From: Octopus bimaculoides
Taxonomy: Eukaryota
Length of the DNA stretch: 38,149 nucleotides
Reading direction: 5' to 3'
NCBI RefSeq assembly: GCF_001194135.2
Contig: NC_068995.1
Coordinates: forward strand, 30,041,588-30,079,736
A model generated the notes under the pieces. It ran no database searches. It saw only the letters and a list, made by a program, of their open reading frames with translations, and was not told the origin of the DNA. The number at the start of each line of letters is the position of its first letter. The first letter of the stretch is position 1. The translations under genes were made by a program, and so were the position numbers. Positions 23,771 through 35,699 of the stretch are shown here, in pieces.

Positions 23771-24702
23771 ATAACAAGTTCTATGCACTCAAATAACCTT
23801 ATACACACACTCGCACACATATAATGACACAAGAACTGCACCCCAATTTTTCATGCATCCAAACACACTTAATACGCGCACACACTGTACAGATTCTTTC
23901 CCGTAGTCATACGTAAGGCTAGCTAAGAGCAAAGGCGCATATTCCCCTCAAAAGTGAATGGAAAGGTCTTTATCTAGCACCTGTACTCTGAAGTTCAATA
24001 TTTATCTAAGCTTCTGGCGTTGACCTCAAATATATTCCTATCACACTACCTTAACCTTACACCACTCGTTATTTCTTCTTCTACACCGTTTCACTATCTC
24101 TCTCTCTCCTCTCTCCCTATTTTCTCCTCTCTCCCTTCCCCCAGCTCTTATTTTTCTTCCTGCTTGCTTTATTGCATTACAGCTTGAGTCTTATATGTTT
24201 GCTTTTCTTTTTCCACTTATATTTCTCTACTTTCATTCCATCGTTCTTGCTTCCGTTTTCTTACCTTGCTTTCTTCTCTCCACCTTCTCCTTCTCACTAC
24301 TAGTCTCATTCTTGACTGCCTCTTTCTCACAATTTCGAATGTAATCTATGGCATACCTTTTAATAAACAAATAGTTTTAGCGTCACTGTGAGAAAGAAAA
24401 GACAAAACATGGTTACACGTCAAGCCTTACCGCTCCGTGGGCAGAAAAGTCGAAGCGATTTGATTAGTTTCTACTCAAAGAACCTTATCACAAAATACTC
24501 ATTTTCTGTCCACAGAGAGATTCGTAACTTCTTGCTACTTATTGTGTGTACAAACTAGGATTCAACTTCACTTGGCTGTCTAATTTATATAACTGCATGC
24601 GCTAACAACTTAGATTTGTTAATTAATCCAAAGTATTTTACACAGTGTTTTGAGGCAATTTCAAATGCGAGTAATGAAAGCCAGGTCTAATGGGTGCAGT
24701 AC

Positions 24703-24891
24703 AACTCAACACCGCCAACTTAACACCGCCAACTTAACACCGCCAACTTAACACCGCCAACTTAACACCGCCAATTTAACACCGCCAACTTAACACCGCC
24801 AACTTAACACCGCCGACTCAACGCCAAGACAACTCAACACCAAGACAACTCATCACCAAGACAACTCAACACCAAGACAAGTCAACGCCAG
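24703..24891. repeat. Tandem arrays: 8 x 14 bp (AACTTAACACCGCC, 24703-24814), then about 5 x 16 bp (GACAACTCAACACCAA, 24815-24891)
   Basis: Counted directly; there are no unique spacers between units. Confidence 0.95.
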
Positions 24892-25061
24892 TAAAATTGA
24901 TTAATAAATAATTTATTCGTTTTATAACTTTATTCGTTTTACAACATTATCAGTTATTTATAAAAGATTAATTTAATACATGACATAAATTTTAAAATTC
25001 GAATAAAAGTAATTGAGAAGCTATACATTTTTGATACAAGGCTAAAATTTAAAGGAGAAAT

Positions 25062-25754
25062 TTACTGACAGTTGTATGCAATTCCCTTCAGATATTCTGT
25101 GGGAGATTGTTCTGAGAAAGATGAAACAATATGCAGAATTCTATCATCTGCCTTCATATACTTCTTCAGTTTAGTGGGAGGGGGATGACCTCCAATCAGT
25201 TGCTCAAAAAATGCATCTCGGTTTCTTTGCACCTTATGTAGCTCATTTATGAATCTCCATATTGTGGGATGCTCCATTCCCAGCTCTGTTTGGAGTCTTC
25301 TATTTGCTGCTTCAGCATGGTTATTTGTCTGGTCTTCCCCGAGGAACATCCTCTCGTAAACATTCCACATTTCATGGGGGAAAAGTGAAAGTCTTCTACT
25401 ATCTCCACGTCGATTTGCAAGTTCTTCAGGTATATCCGCAGAGAGGGCGTCAATATACGTATCAATATGTGGAACAGGAACAAATGCTAAACTTAAAATC
25501 ATCTTGGCTTTTAGTGCAAAGGTAGCATCGTTGTTGTACATAAAAGTGTAACCCATGGCAGCTATCTTTTTGTGTATATTTTGTGCTAAATGGAAAAAAC
25601 ATCCTTGTATTTCAACTTCTAGAACAGCTTCCTTCGTGGCTTTAAAGGCTGCATGTTCAAAGTCGCAAATAATAGATATTGGGTTTAGTGTTGGCTCGGC
25701 ATCTTTGAGCATTTCAAACATCTTTGCATAAGTTAATCGCTGCTTGTTTGGCAA
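25062..25754 (-). pseudogene. MULE DDE transposase, C-terminal 230 aa open; upstream part (to ~26040) disrupted
   Basis: Upstream WKADGTFK (first catalytic D), IICDFEHAAFKA, IQGCFFHLAQ (CxxH motif), TNNHAEAANRRL (catalytic E), HPTIWRFI, YLKGIAYN. Confidence 0.92.
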
Positions 25755-26074
25755 AAGAGCAAAGTCAACCAGAATAACACCATCGAATTTCTTTGCAAGA
25801 ATAATGTAAACTTGTGAAGATAATCATGGTTCTATTTTAAAAGTTCCATCGGCTTTCCAAGTATCAGATGAACGTAAATGCTGCAGCCAACTTTCTCTCC
25901 TGAAAAGCAAAATTCTATGTAGTCCGCGACCACTATCACTGATAGTGGTTTAGAGCAATCTAAATATCTTCGACACAAGCTAAATAGGCCATTATGACCA
26001 ATAAATTACTGAGACAAACTGCTAAATTGAAGAAGCTTGGGACGATCATGAAGCAAACAAACCAGTGTTCCGGA

Positions 26075-26110
<36 letters not shown>

Positions 26111-26596
26111 NNNNNNNNNNNNNNNNNNNNNNNNNNNNNNNNNNNNNNNNNNNNNNNNNNNNNNNNNNNNNNNNNNNNNNNNNNNNNNNNNNNNNNNNNN
26201 NNNNNNNNNNNNNNNNNNNNNNNNNNNNNNNNNNNNNNNNNNNNNNNNNNNNNNNNNNNNNNNNNNNNNNNNNNNNNNNNNNNNNNNNNNNNNNNNNNNN
26301 NNNNNNNNNNNNNNNNNNNNNNNNNNNNNNNNNNNNNNNNNNNNNNNNNNNNNNNNNNNNNNNNNNNNNNNNNNNNNNNNNNNNNNNNNNNNNNNNNNNN
26401 NNNNNNNNNNNNNNNNNNNNNNNNNNNNNNNNNNNNATGGCGATTTTATTGAATGAATTTACTCTTTAGTATTTCAAGATATTTTTATATAATTTTGATA
26501 AATATATCTGTTAAAATGAGATGAGTGTTATTTTCAGTTTTGCGTAATTTAGACGACAGTTTATTCACCACATACATATACAAGAGCATGTGTACT

Positions 26597-26632
<36 letters not shown>

Positions 26633-26820
26633 TGTGTGTGTGTGTGCGTGTGTGTGTGTGTGAGAGAGCGTGTGAGCGTGTGTCCGTGTTTGTCCCTCAG
26701 CACCGCTTGACAACTGGTGTTGGTGTGTTTACGTCCCCCTAACTTAGACATTCATTCAAGTTGGTGCCCAAGCATGGCGGCAGTCTAATGACTGAAGCAA
26801 CTAAAAGATAAAAATAAAAG
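26597..26820 (+). mobile_element. SINE family A, 3' half with (GT)n
   Basis: GCTTGACAACTGGTGTTGGTGTGTTTACGTCCCC...CAGTCTAATGACTGAAGCAACTAAAAGATAAAA is the reverse complement of the 36810-37020 copy. Confidence 0.7.
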
Positions 26821-26929
26821 ATTCAATAATGATTTATGCCTAGGCCTGTTCAAAGCCAGTAATAATAGGTCCAGGACAAATCTGAAATGTAGACCCCATT
26901 TTAACTACTCCTTATTTTAGTAATTAAGT

Positions 26930-27131
26930 AAGGCAGTGAGCTGGCAGGGTGAAATGCTTGGTAGCATTTCGTCCGTCTTCACGTTCTGAGTTCAAATTTC
27001 ACCGGGTCGACTTTTCCTTTCATCCTTTCGGGGTCGATAGAATTAGTACCAGTTGAGCACTTGGGTCGATGTAATCGACTTGCTTCCTGCACCAAACGTG
27101 CTGGCCTTGTACCAAAATTTGAAACCATTAT
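26930..27131 (+). mobile_element. SINE family D, near full length
   Basis: GGCAGTGAGCTGGCAG head, GAGTTCAAAT B box and the shared core. Confidence 0.8.
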
Positions 27132-27171
27132 TTTAGAATCAGTGCTAAATCTAAAAACACGTTATTGATGA

Positions 27172-27202
<31 letters not shown>

Positions 27203-27924
27203 TGTATGTATGTATGTGTTTATGTATGTACTTACAAGTAACGGAACAATAAAAGAATTAGAACGATTTTCCACAACTAAAATTGATTAACTTTTTGTGA
27301 CAACTATTGAAGTGCTACAACTGCTTTAAGCGTCACAAAACATCAAAAACAGACCCTAAATGGCTCGGAAGAAATCTACAATCGTTGGACCAGTCTAAAA
27401 AACGAAACTTCACGTAGTAGCTATAATGGCTATTCTGTGAAGTCTTGTGACATTGGCAGCTATATATTATTGTCTTTGAAGAACAGTAAAATCAAGTATA
27501 ACATTAAATGGAAAGTTCTCAACAGGCCAACGTTGAAGAATTAATGGCATCGAGAAATGCAAATTATAAAGAAAGACCTCAAACATTCTAATACCCACTT
27601 CAACTCCAAGAACAAAGTTTTCACAAGACACCCTCATATGAGCATAAGGTTTTTTTTTACCCCTTTTCCTTCTCTCCGTTCTAAACACCTCCAATATTCT
27701 TTCTAATCTCTTCTTTCCCTTTCCTCCTATTTTATTTTACCCATGACACTTTCCAGCTCTCACTTTATCATCCTTTGGTTGCTCTTCCTTGCAAGTTATC
27801 CTTTGGCTGCTCTTTCTTGCAAGTCAAGCGTTAATGTACAGGCTCCATCGCTGGCTTTTGTATATGTGTCGTGTTATGTATTCGTAGAAATATGTGTGTA
27901 GGTTTTTGTGTTATATTTTTTTGT

Positions 27925-29267
27925 ATTGTGTACGTGGAATTGCCGCTGGTGACATGAAATTAAAGCCTCTACTCGTGTATCACTCCAAAAATCTATTGAC
28001 TTTCAAAGGTTACTCAAAGTTTAATCTATCTCTGATTTGGTGTCCAAATAAGAAGGCTTGGATGACTAAGAGCCTTTTCGAAGAGTAGTTTACAAACATT
28101 TTTGTCCTGCTGCAGAAAGGTAGTGCGCCGAACATAATATTTCAAATAAAGCAATGCTCCTTTTAGGTAATGAATCAAGCCAACCAGGGAACTTAAATAA
28201 ACTTTTTGATATTATGAGAATGGAATATATCACCGAGAATACATCTTCTTTGATCCAATCAATGAATCAAGGTGTGATTGCTGATTTCAAAGCATATCAT
28301 CCGGAAAGAATTTTCAAATAACTTATGAAAATAATTGACGGAGAGGATAAACCTACAGTTAGAGATTTCCGGAAGAAATTCAACATAATGGATGCTGAGT
28401 CATGAGGTGAAATGAAACCTTCAGCTTCAAATCGTGCTTAGAAAGTATATAGCTTTATTGTACCCGAGACTTTACGAATTTTCCACAAACAGAAAGTCTA
28501 CAGTAAGTTCAGAAATATATTTGAAGAAACTATATAGGATGACTGATAGAGATACTAGCGTCCCATAGAGAAACTTTATCTAACGAGGAGCTGATGCTAT
28601 TAGATCATGGGCAAGCTGAGCATACAGATGAGATTCTGGAAATTCCACTAACTCCACTTAAATTGACTACAAAGAATATTACTAAAGAATTGGTACTTAT
28701 TGCTTAGAGACTGTGAGGTTTTGCTGATAACGACCCTAATCGTGAATATATCATAAAAATTACAAGAAAGGAATACAATGAGCTCAGTTTTCACACTAAG
28801 CTGTACAAAGATGACGCGCTATAAACATCAAGCAACTTTGGATAAGTTCTTCACCCTTCAAGTGGATGTTGGTGATGAACTATAAAATAGAAGATAGTAT
28901 CCCTCATCTTTCCATTAAGTCCCATTCCACCACCATCTCTCAAACAGTAGCCTACAACTTTTGTGCTAATAACGTACACCATTGCGATATTACGTTTCTT
29001 ATTTATTCCCAGACGTATTTCTTTTGAAATGTTTTTATGTAGACATATTTTACTTTATATGTTCAAAATTTTATTTTCGTGCAAAAAGTGACCGGGTTGC
29101 TAGGGTTTTTTTTTTTTTGTCCATGTTGCTTTGGTTTTTGCTTTTGCTTTTTCACGCGTCTCTATTATATGAGAATCGATACGAAAATTAGTTTCGCGTT
29201 ACAGGATTTCATATTATGTTGATATTTTCAGGAACTCCTTTCTCCTGTAACGCAATGAATTGCTGTA
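27925..29267 (+). mobile_element. Tigger/pogo (Tc1-mariner) transposon remnant: DDE_1 transposase fragment plus right TIR and TA
   Basis: AAGDMKLKPLLVYHSKN...IWCPNKKAWMTKSLFEE; AMLLLGN; NTSSLIQSMNQGVIADFKAY; VRDFRKKFNIMDA. The terminus reads CTCCTGTAACGCAATGAATTGCTG|TA. Confidence 0.88.
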
Positions 29268-29294
29268 CTTGCACATACATCATATGTGTATGTA

Positions 29295-30095
29295 TAGAAT
29301 CTACTTGGTTTGGCTGTCAGCATTTCGAAAATTTTAAAATTTGACATAATAGTATCTTTCCACGCTGAATTGTTGGAGTTATTTCACTTTTCCAGAAAAA
29401 TGTTTTAAAAAAGTTATAGAGGTTTAAAGTCTGATTATTTTCACCCAATAAGGAAACATGATTTGGAAGTTGTCAGTTTGTGCATGACTACACATTGTGT
29501 CGTCAGCATCCTGAAAATAGCACGTGTTGTCAATATTTGTAAACAACACGTGTTTTGTAGTTTGAAGCATTCAATATGCATTTAATGCGATAGCACGAAC
29601 TTAAAAAGTTTATCCAAAAAACGTTATTAGCTGTTATTTTTAGCACACCTCACAACCGCCTCAATGACAAAAAGAAACGAGTAAACAAGTAGTTTTAAGG
29701 ATCCAATATGTATTTAATGCAAACACGTTACAAATTGAATATTTAAAAAAACAAACATTTTGTTGACCAGTTTATAAATTCACATGCTCAGTTGTCAACA
29801 GATAGGTAAAACAAGTGGTTTCAGTATATCTGTCATCACGTTCTCTCTTGCAGACAAAAGAGTTCTCATGTTCCGTTTGTTACTATGAAAACAGGTATGA
29901 ATGTGTCTGTGGCTTACGATTGGCTAAAATTACCCAAAATTTTCAAACTTAATTTTGCTAATAACTCTTTATTTATTGATTTATAGCGAAAATCATTTTC
30001 ACGTCATTCATTAGCCTATAAAGGCGTATCATTACACTGAATATGAAATCAATTCGAACAGAATTGATGCTGGCAGCCAAACCGACTACATCCTA
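29295..30095. mobile_element. ~800-bp non-autonomous TIR element (MITE-like), TA-flanked, family unassigned
   Basis: Left TA|TAGAATCTACTTGGTTTGGCTGTCAGCAT versus reverse complement of the right end TA|TAGGATGTAGTCGGTTTGGCTGCCAGCAT. No ORF inside. Confidence 0.75.
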
Positions 30096-30949
30096 TATAT
30101 ATGTAAGTGCATTCACATATGCACATATATTTATGTTTATTCACATACAAGCGCACACATATTTTTCTGGTTCATATACTATCTATCTATCTATCTATCT
30201 ATGTGTGTGTATATATATANNNNNNNNNNNNNNNNNNNNNNNNNNNNNNNNNNNNNNNNNNNNNNNNNNNNNNNNNNNNNNNNNNNNNNNNNNNNNNNNN
30301 NNNNNNNNNNNNNNNNNNNNNNNNNNNNNNNNNNNNNNNNNNNNNNNNNNNNNNNNNNNNNNNNNNNNNNNNNNNNNNNNNNNNNNNNNNNNNNNNNNNN
30401 NNNNNNNNNNNNNNNNNNNNNNNNNNNNNNNNNNNNNNNNNNNNNNNNNNNNNNNNNNNNNNNNNNNNNNNNNNNNNNNNNNNNNNNNNNNNNNNNNNNN
30501 NNNNNNNNNNNNNNNNNNNNNNNNNNNNNNNNNNNNNNNNNNNNNNNNNNNNNNNNNNNNNNNNNNNNNNNNNNNNNNNNNNNNNNNNNNNNNNNNNNNN
30601 NNNNNNNNNNNNNNNNNNNNNNNNNNNNNNNNNNNNNNNNNNNNNNNNNNNNNNNNNNNNNNNNNNNNNNNNNNNNNNNNNNNNNNNNNNNNNNNNNNNN
30701 NNNNNNNNNNNNNNNNNNNNNNNNNNNNNNNNNNNNNNNNNNNNNNNNNNNNNNNNNNNNNNNNNNNNNNNNNNNNNNNNNNNNNNNNNNNNNNNNNNNN
30801 NNNNNNNNNNNNNNNNNNNNNNNNNNNNNNNNNNNNNNNNNNNNNNNNNNNNNNNNNNNNNNNNNNNNNNNNNNNNNNNNNNNNNNNNNNNNNNNNNNNN
30901 NNNNNNNNNNNNNNNNNNNNNNNNNNNNNNNNNNNNNNNNNNNNNNNNN

Positions 30950-31235
30950 GGACTTCTTTCAGTTTCCGTCTACCAAATCCATTCACTAGGCTTTGGTCCA
31001 CCCGAGGCTATAGTAGAAGACATTGGTCCAAGGTGTTACACAGAGGGAATATCTTTTATTTTCTTAATGGTTCAGTCTACGGTCATGCTGGGGCACCGCC
31101 TGAAAAGATTTTAAACGAACGAATCATGTGTGTGCGCACGTGTGCGTGTTTTTATGTGTCCTCCACCACCACTTGACAATTGATGTTGGTATGTTTACGT
31201 CCCCGTCACTTGGCGGTTCGGTAAAAGTGACCGAT
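30950..31235. mobile_element. Rearranged SINE family A fragments in both orientations
   Basis: 30950-31045 minus-strand head, 31081-31107 tail fragment, 31128-31235 plus-strand 3' half. Confidence 0.65.
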
Positions 31236-31236
31236 T

Positions 31237-31328
31237 ATGTATGTGCAAGTACAGCAATTCATTGCGTTACAGGAGAAAGGAGTTCCTGAAAATATCAACG
31301 TAATATGAAATCCTGTAACGCGAAACTA
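31237..31328 (-). repeat. Inverted 92-bp copy of 29189-29280 (Tigger right end plus 13 bp of flank)
   Basis: Reverse-complement match with one mismatch. Confidence 0.9.
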
Positions 31329-31359
31329 GATACGATATCTAGATATCTAGATACGATCT

Positions 31360-31920
31360 GGATGGCCCGTTGTGGTTGTTCCATGTTCACACTGGCACAT
31401 CAGGGAAATCCTGCCGATACCTGTCAGACAGTTGGAAGTTTCTAAGCAGTTGTCAAGGCTTTTGCACGCCTTCTGCTATGCCCTAAGCTCACACTGTCGT
31501 TCCGTGCATCCAAACTACAATTCCAGTTCCCCACGAGTACTAAAGTGTGAGACGTTCCTAGTAATGTTTCTAGATATCTGAAGAAATCTGGCCTTCCGGC
31601 ACCAGTCTGGCCATAAATAGCCACTAGACTAAATGAACCACCATTGCAGCTGTTCACGTCTAAGGTTCACTGCCTACCGACTAGGTCCAAGAAGATTGAC
31701 TTAACTTTGAGAACTAAGGATTTTCGAAATAGCACTGCTACCCCACCGCCTGCTTCCGACAGATCATGAAATGAGAATATCTCATAGTCGTCGAAAATAG
31801 GAGCCAGCGCTTGCTCTCTTGAAATCCTCGTCTCGCTGATGGATACCATATCTACGTCGAGTAACCTGTGATCATTGATCCAGTGACCCTGCTTCCTAAC
31901 TGAAACCAAGTCCTGAAAAT
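31360..31920 (-). mobile_element. L1/Tx1-clade LINE APE endonuclease remnant
   Basis: VDMVSISETRI; GGGVAVLFRKSL; FSLVAIYG; LVLVGNWNCSLD (degenerate GDFN motif). Confidence 0.85.
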
Positions 31921-31924
31921 ACAC

Positions 31925-32540
31925 ACCGCCTTCTCTAAGGTTCCCTGCATTTTCACTGCTTCAACCATTTCTTCTTTACTCCCCTTGATATACTAAGCCA
32001 GGCTATTCTCTTCTTCCCTTACACAACCTTCACAACACACCAATCTCCGTCCTCCTTCTCTCCTCTTTACATACAATTTTGACGCATCACTCTTGGGGTG
32101 TTGTTTCGTGTTCATTGTCATTAATTTATGTATTCTCCGATCTATCTCTTGTAATTCATGCTTTTTCCAAGATACTATTCCTGCCCCATATCTCATCAAA
32201 GCAGCCGCCCACGTGTTAATTGCTCTAATTTTATAGCTGCCATTTAGCTTCGATTGGAGCACAAGCCAAGTTCTCCTCAAATACTCTTTCCTGTACATTT
32301 CTTTCATCTTATCTCTTTCAATGATACCTAGATACTCATATCCTTCCTCTCCGACTTCCTTTATAGTTTCACCACTTTCCAGCTTGATCCCATGGCTTTT
32401 ACTGATTTCCCCTTTTGAGAATCATTACACCACATTTCTCGATCTCAAATTCTGTGCCAATATCTTTGCTAATCATCTGCGCAGTTGCCGTCAAACTCTC
32501 AATTTCTTTCCCAGTTTTAGCGAATAGTCAGTATAATCGT
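31925..32540 (-). mobile_element. R4/Dong-like RT remnant 3
   Basis: SKDIGTEFEIEKC; GYEYLGIIE; EYLRRTWLVLQSKLNG..KIRAINTWA; HPKSDASKLYVKRREGGRRL. Confidence 0.88.
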
Positions 32541-32813
32541 TTAGCCTCCTCCTCCTAAATTTCAGCCCTTGTGTCTATATTAGAAAAGATTGTGTATTTG
32601 TCTGCTCTTTCTAAATCAGTTCCAAAGCAACTATCATTATAAGGATTATGTCTGTTTCCGTTCCCACATTCTAATTATCTCTAACTGTCTTTACAACAAT
32701 TTCATTTCTGTATTACTTTGTTTGTTTTTACATCCCGTTGGTCGAATAGCACTATTAACATTATGACAAACCCAGACTAATAATAGCAGCAATATTGATT
32801 TCAATTTTTTGGC

Positions 32814-32844
<31 letters not shown>

Positions 32845-32980
32845 TATATACATACATATACATAGACATACATACATGCATGCATGCATACACACAGAAT
32901 TTTTTTTAAGGTCGGTCGCTCACTCATTGTACTATATATGTAAATATATCGAAATGAATTTTTGATTTTAGAATGCCTTA

Positions 32981-33195
32981 ATGGCAGCGAACTGGCAGAA
33001 TCGTTTGCACGCTGGGCAAAATGCTGAGCGGAATTTTGTCCGTCTTTACATTCTGAGTTCAAATTCCGCCGAGGTTGACTTTGCCTTTTATTCTTCCTGG
33101 GTCGATAAAATAAGTACCAGCTGAGCACTGACGTTGATGCAACCGACTTATTCGCTCCCGTGAACTGGCCTAGTCTCAAAATTTAAAACCAATAT
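32981..33195 (+). mobile_element. SINE family D, near full length
   Basis: GGCAGCGAACTGGCAGAATCG head, GAGTTCAAATTCC B box and the shared core. Confidence 0.8.
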
Positions 33196-33561
33196 TAGTA
33201 AGTTTTTGATACGATAATAAACCTTATAAGAACGCAAACACTTCTTTGTGTTCCTTCGATGTGTGGAAAACGGAACAGAAGTCCCTGGACGGACTGTTTC
33301 ACGAATTGTTGATTGCTCCTTACAGATGTCTCCCCAACCGAAAGCATAGTGAGGTCAGCTTCTATATAAAGCAGTTAGCAATTCAGCTATTCTCATGGCG
33401 GATAGCTTAATTTGCTTATTGATGCTTTAGACGGCTTGCTATTAAGCATATGATATATATTTTAAGCACATCGTTGCGTAAATGAGAAGTATTGAAATAC
33501 TTTTAAGTAAAAATACATGCATAACAGTCTATATATGCAGACTCACGAATGCATTCATGGC

Positions 33562-33632
<71 letters not shown>

Positions 33633-34747
33633 TGCGCAGTTGACATTAAGTACACGCAAATACATATATACGTTCATTTATGTTTAGATTACATACACAC
33701 ACATACAAATGTTTCTTACGTCATATTCATAGGCAGTTACACAAATACATATGCACTGCTACTGAAACATATATGTATGCTTAAACACACACAGCGGGTA
33801 AAAATACGCACTTAGAGACACAGGTACCCACGCACAGGCGTGTGCGCATATTAACACACGCAAGCACTCATGCACAGATACACACTCGCTTAAGCACATC
33901 TATGTCCACATACACAGACATATATAGATATACCTACACGCACTCACACAGACATACTCATACATATATACTCATACAGCTCAGGCACATATATAGACAC
34001 AGACCACCCATATAAACACACATTACACACGACACTTCTCGCACGCACACATATAGACACACTGACACTCAGGTCAGGATTGCATATCATAATAATCGTA
34101 CCAACTATTAGTTTCAAGGCTTTGGTGTAATTCCCAACGGAGTCAATGAAAAATTTTCTAAACCTTTCTGAACATATATAACAGTATTTACGAGTTAAAC
34201 ATATCAGATAGTAAATGTATATTTTGTACATATTTATTTACATTTTGTTCATTAAAATATATATATAAATTGTTTGCATATAATTTTATATATTGCATTA
34301 TATCTTTCGAATATACATACGCAACTACGTGTATCTGAAAAATTCTACACTCATCTTGAAAACTATAAGATTGCTGGAAGTGTATAAGCAGTCGTAAAAT
34401 ACATAATTGGTTTGGAAATTGCATTTGCTGTTTTATTCTCGAAATCGTGTAAAGTTCAGCGAGGTGATACTCAAAATTTAGTCTTAGAATCAGATCATCG
34501 TTGAATGTAATATTCTTTGTTATACATTAGTCATCTCTTCTACTATTATTTTTATCGTTACACCAAGCAGTAACTATCTCAACAATAGAAAGAAATTGAA
34601 AGCATGTATAGCATTCTGCTAAGGAACAACTGCTTCTAAAACTTTAACGAATCTTAATACGTCGTTATACGACTTTATTTTGATATCTCAGAAGCGTGCA
34701 TATTGGCTTTAGTTGTTTCTTTGTAGCCTGAAAAAAATGATGAACAA

Positions 34748-34803
34748 CTTTATTCGATTTTCGAGTCTTAGTGGATTCTGATCGGTGGCGTCTACATCAA
34801 TTT
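34748..34803 (-). ncRNA. Hammerhead-like motif, core mutated (CCGAUCA)
   Basis: Minus strand reads GACGCCA CCGAUCA GAAUC CACUAA GACUC GAAA AUCGAA UA AAGU; homologous to the two plus-strand copies. Confidence 0.45.
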
Positions 34804-34813
34804 CTTATACATA

Positions 34814-34860
34814 AGACGCCTCTGATGAGAATCCAATAAGATTCGAAAATGTATTAAGGT
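34814..34860 (+). ncRNA. Type I hammerhead ribozyme motif with intact core
   Basis: GCCU CUGAUGA GAAUC-CAAUAA-GAUUC GAAA AUGUAU UA^AGGU: intact core, perfect 5-bp stem II, near-palindromic short stem III, 4-bp stem I and UA cleavage site. Confidence 0.7.
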
Positions 34861-35104
34861 TTTTCGTCATTTTCTTTTTCAATTTACTGTGAAACAGGTA
34901 GATTAGCCCTGTTTATTTAGGTACTATGTAGGTTACATATATCATACCATGATACTGTGTGAACTCAGATCCCCATTGACAGGCCCCTGATATTTAAGAT
35001 AAAGTCTTAATACGGTATGCAAGTTAGTAGCCCCATTTTCCTATAGCTACTGTAATTGTTGAGTATATAAACAGACTGACTGCTTGTTTCTCTAGGAGTC
35101 GTCA

Positions 35105-35162
35105 AATTGATGTAGATGCCTCTGATGAGAATCCACTAAGATTGGAAAATCGATTTAGGTTG
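35105..35162 (+). ncRNA. Type I hammerhead motif, C11.1-to-G variant
   Basis: GCCU CUGAUGA GAAUC CACUAA GAUUG GAAA AUCGAU UU^AGGU. Stem III contains the perfect palindrome AAUCGAUU. It lies exactly 300 bp downstream of the previous copy. Confidence 0.6.
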
Positions 35163-35407
35163 TTCATCAATTTTTCAATCGAAGAAACAGCTATATTAGC
35201 CCTATATATATAAAATATTCTTTTTATATACAAAGATATTCATACAGAAGACATATCTATTCATTAATTCTTCTGGCTAGTTAATATATTCTGAGAAATT
35301 CAAAACATTCGTAAATTCTATGGTTACATAAATACTATGATCAGGTGTTATATACAAAAGTATTGAAAATTAGAACGTGGAAGAAATTACTGACAACATG
35401 GTAAAGA

Positions 35408-35438
<31 letters not shown>

Positions 35439-35699
35439 TGTATGTATGTATATAAGTAGGTAGGTAGGTAGGTATTCTTTAATCTAATAGTTGTAAGACG
35501 GCAATGCTTCGATGGGGAGTTCTAATAAGACAAAAACGTGGGTGAAGTTGTAATAAACTACAAAAAGCTCGAATTCATTCCTTTCCTGCCACTTATCTCC
35601 ATTTTATTTAATATCGATTGAAATATAGAAGTTTCCTCCTTTGTCACATTTGAGTGGAATTTCCATTAATGTTAATTGCTTTTCTTATTACGGTTACAA

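Larger units (their letters stand above)
24692..26050 (-). mobile_element. MULE (Mutator-like) DNA transposon, 3' part with subterminal tandem arrays; 5' part lost at a (CA)n tract and gap
   Basis: Transposase remnant plus tandem arrays at the terminus. Confidence 0.85.

Noticed and set aside
24703-24891. CRISPR-like regular repeat array
   Set aside because: The units are contiguous 14- and 16-bp tandem repeats with no unique spacers or cas genes, and they belong to a MULE terminus in eukaryotic DNA.
33316-33350. Micro-exon candidate (CCTTACAG|ATGTCTCCCCAACCGAAAGCATA|GTGAGG)
   Set aside because: Too short to identify, with no partner exons.
34188-34730. Minus-strand reading frames and acceptor sites suggesting host exons (e.g. 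ERFRKFFIDSVGNYTKALKLIV; FNDDLILRLNFEYHLAELY)
   Set aside because: No recognisable domain, weak donors and in-frame stops; indistinguishable from chance in AT-rich DNA without RNA data.
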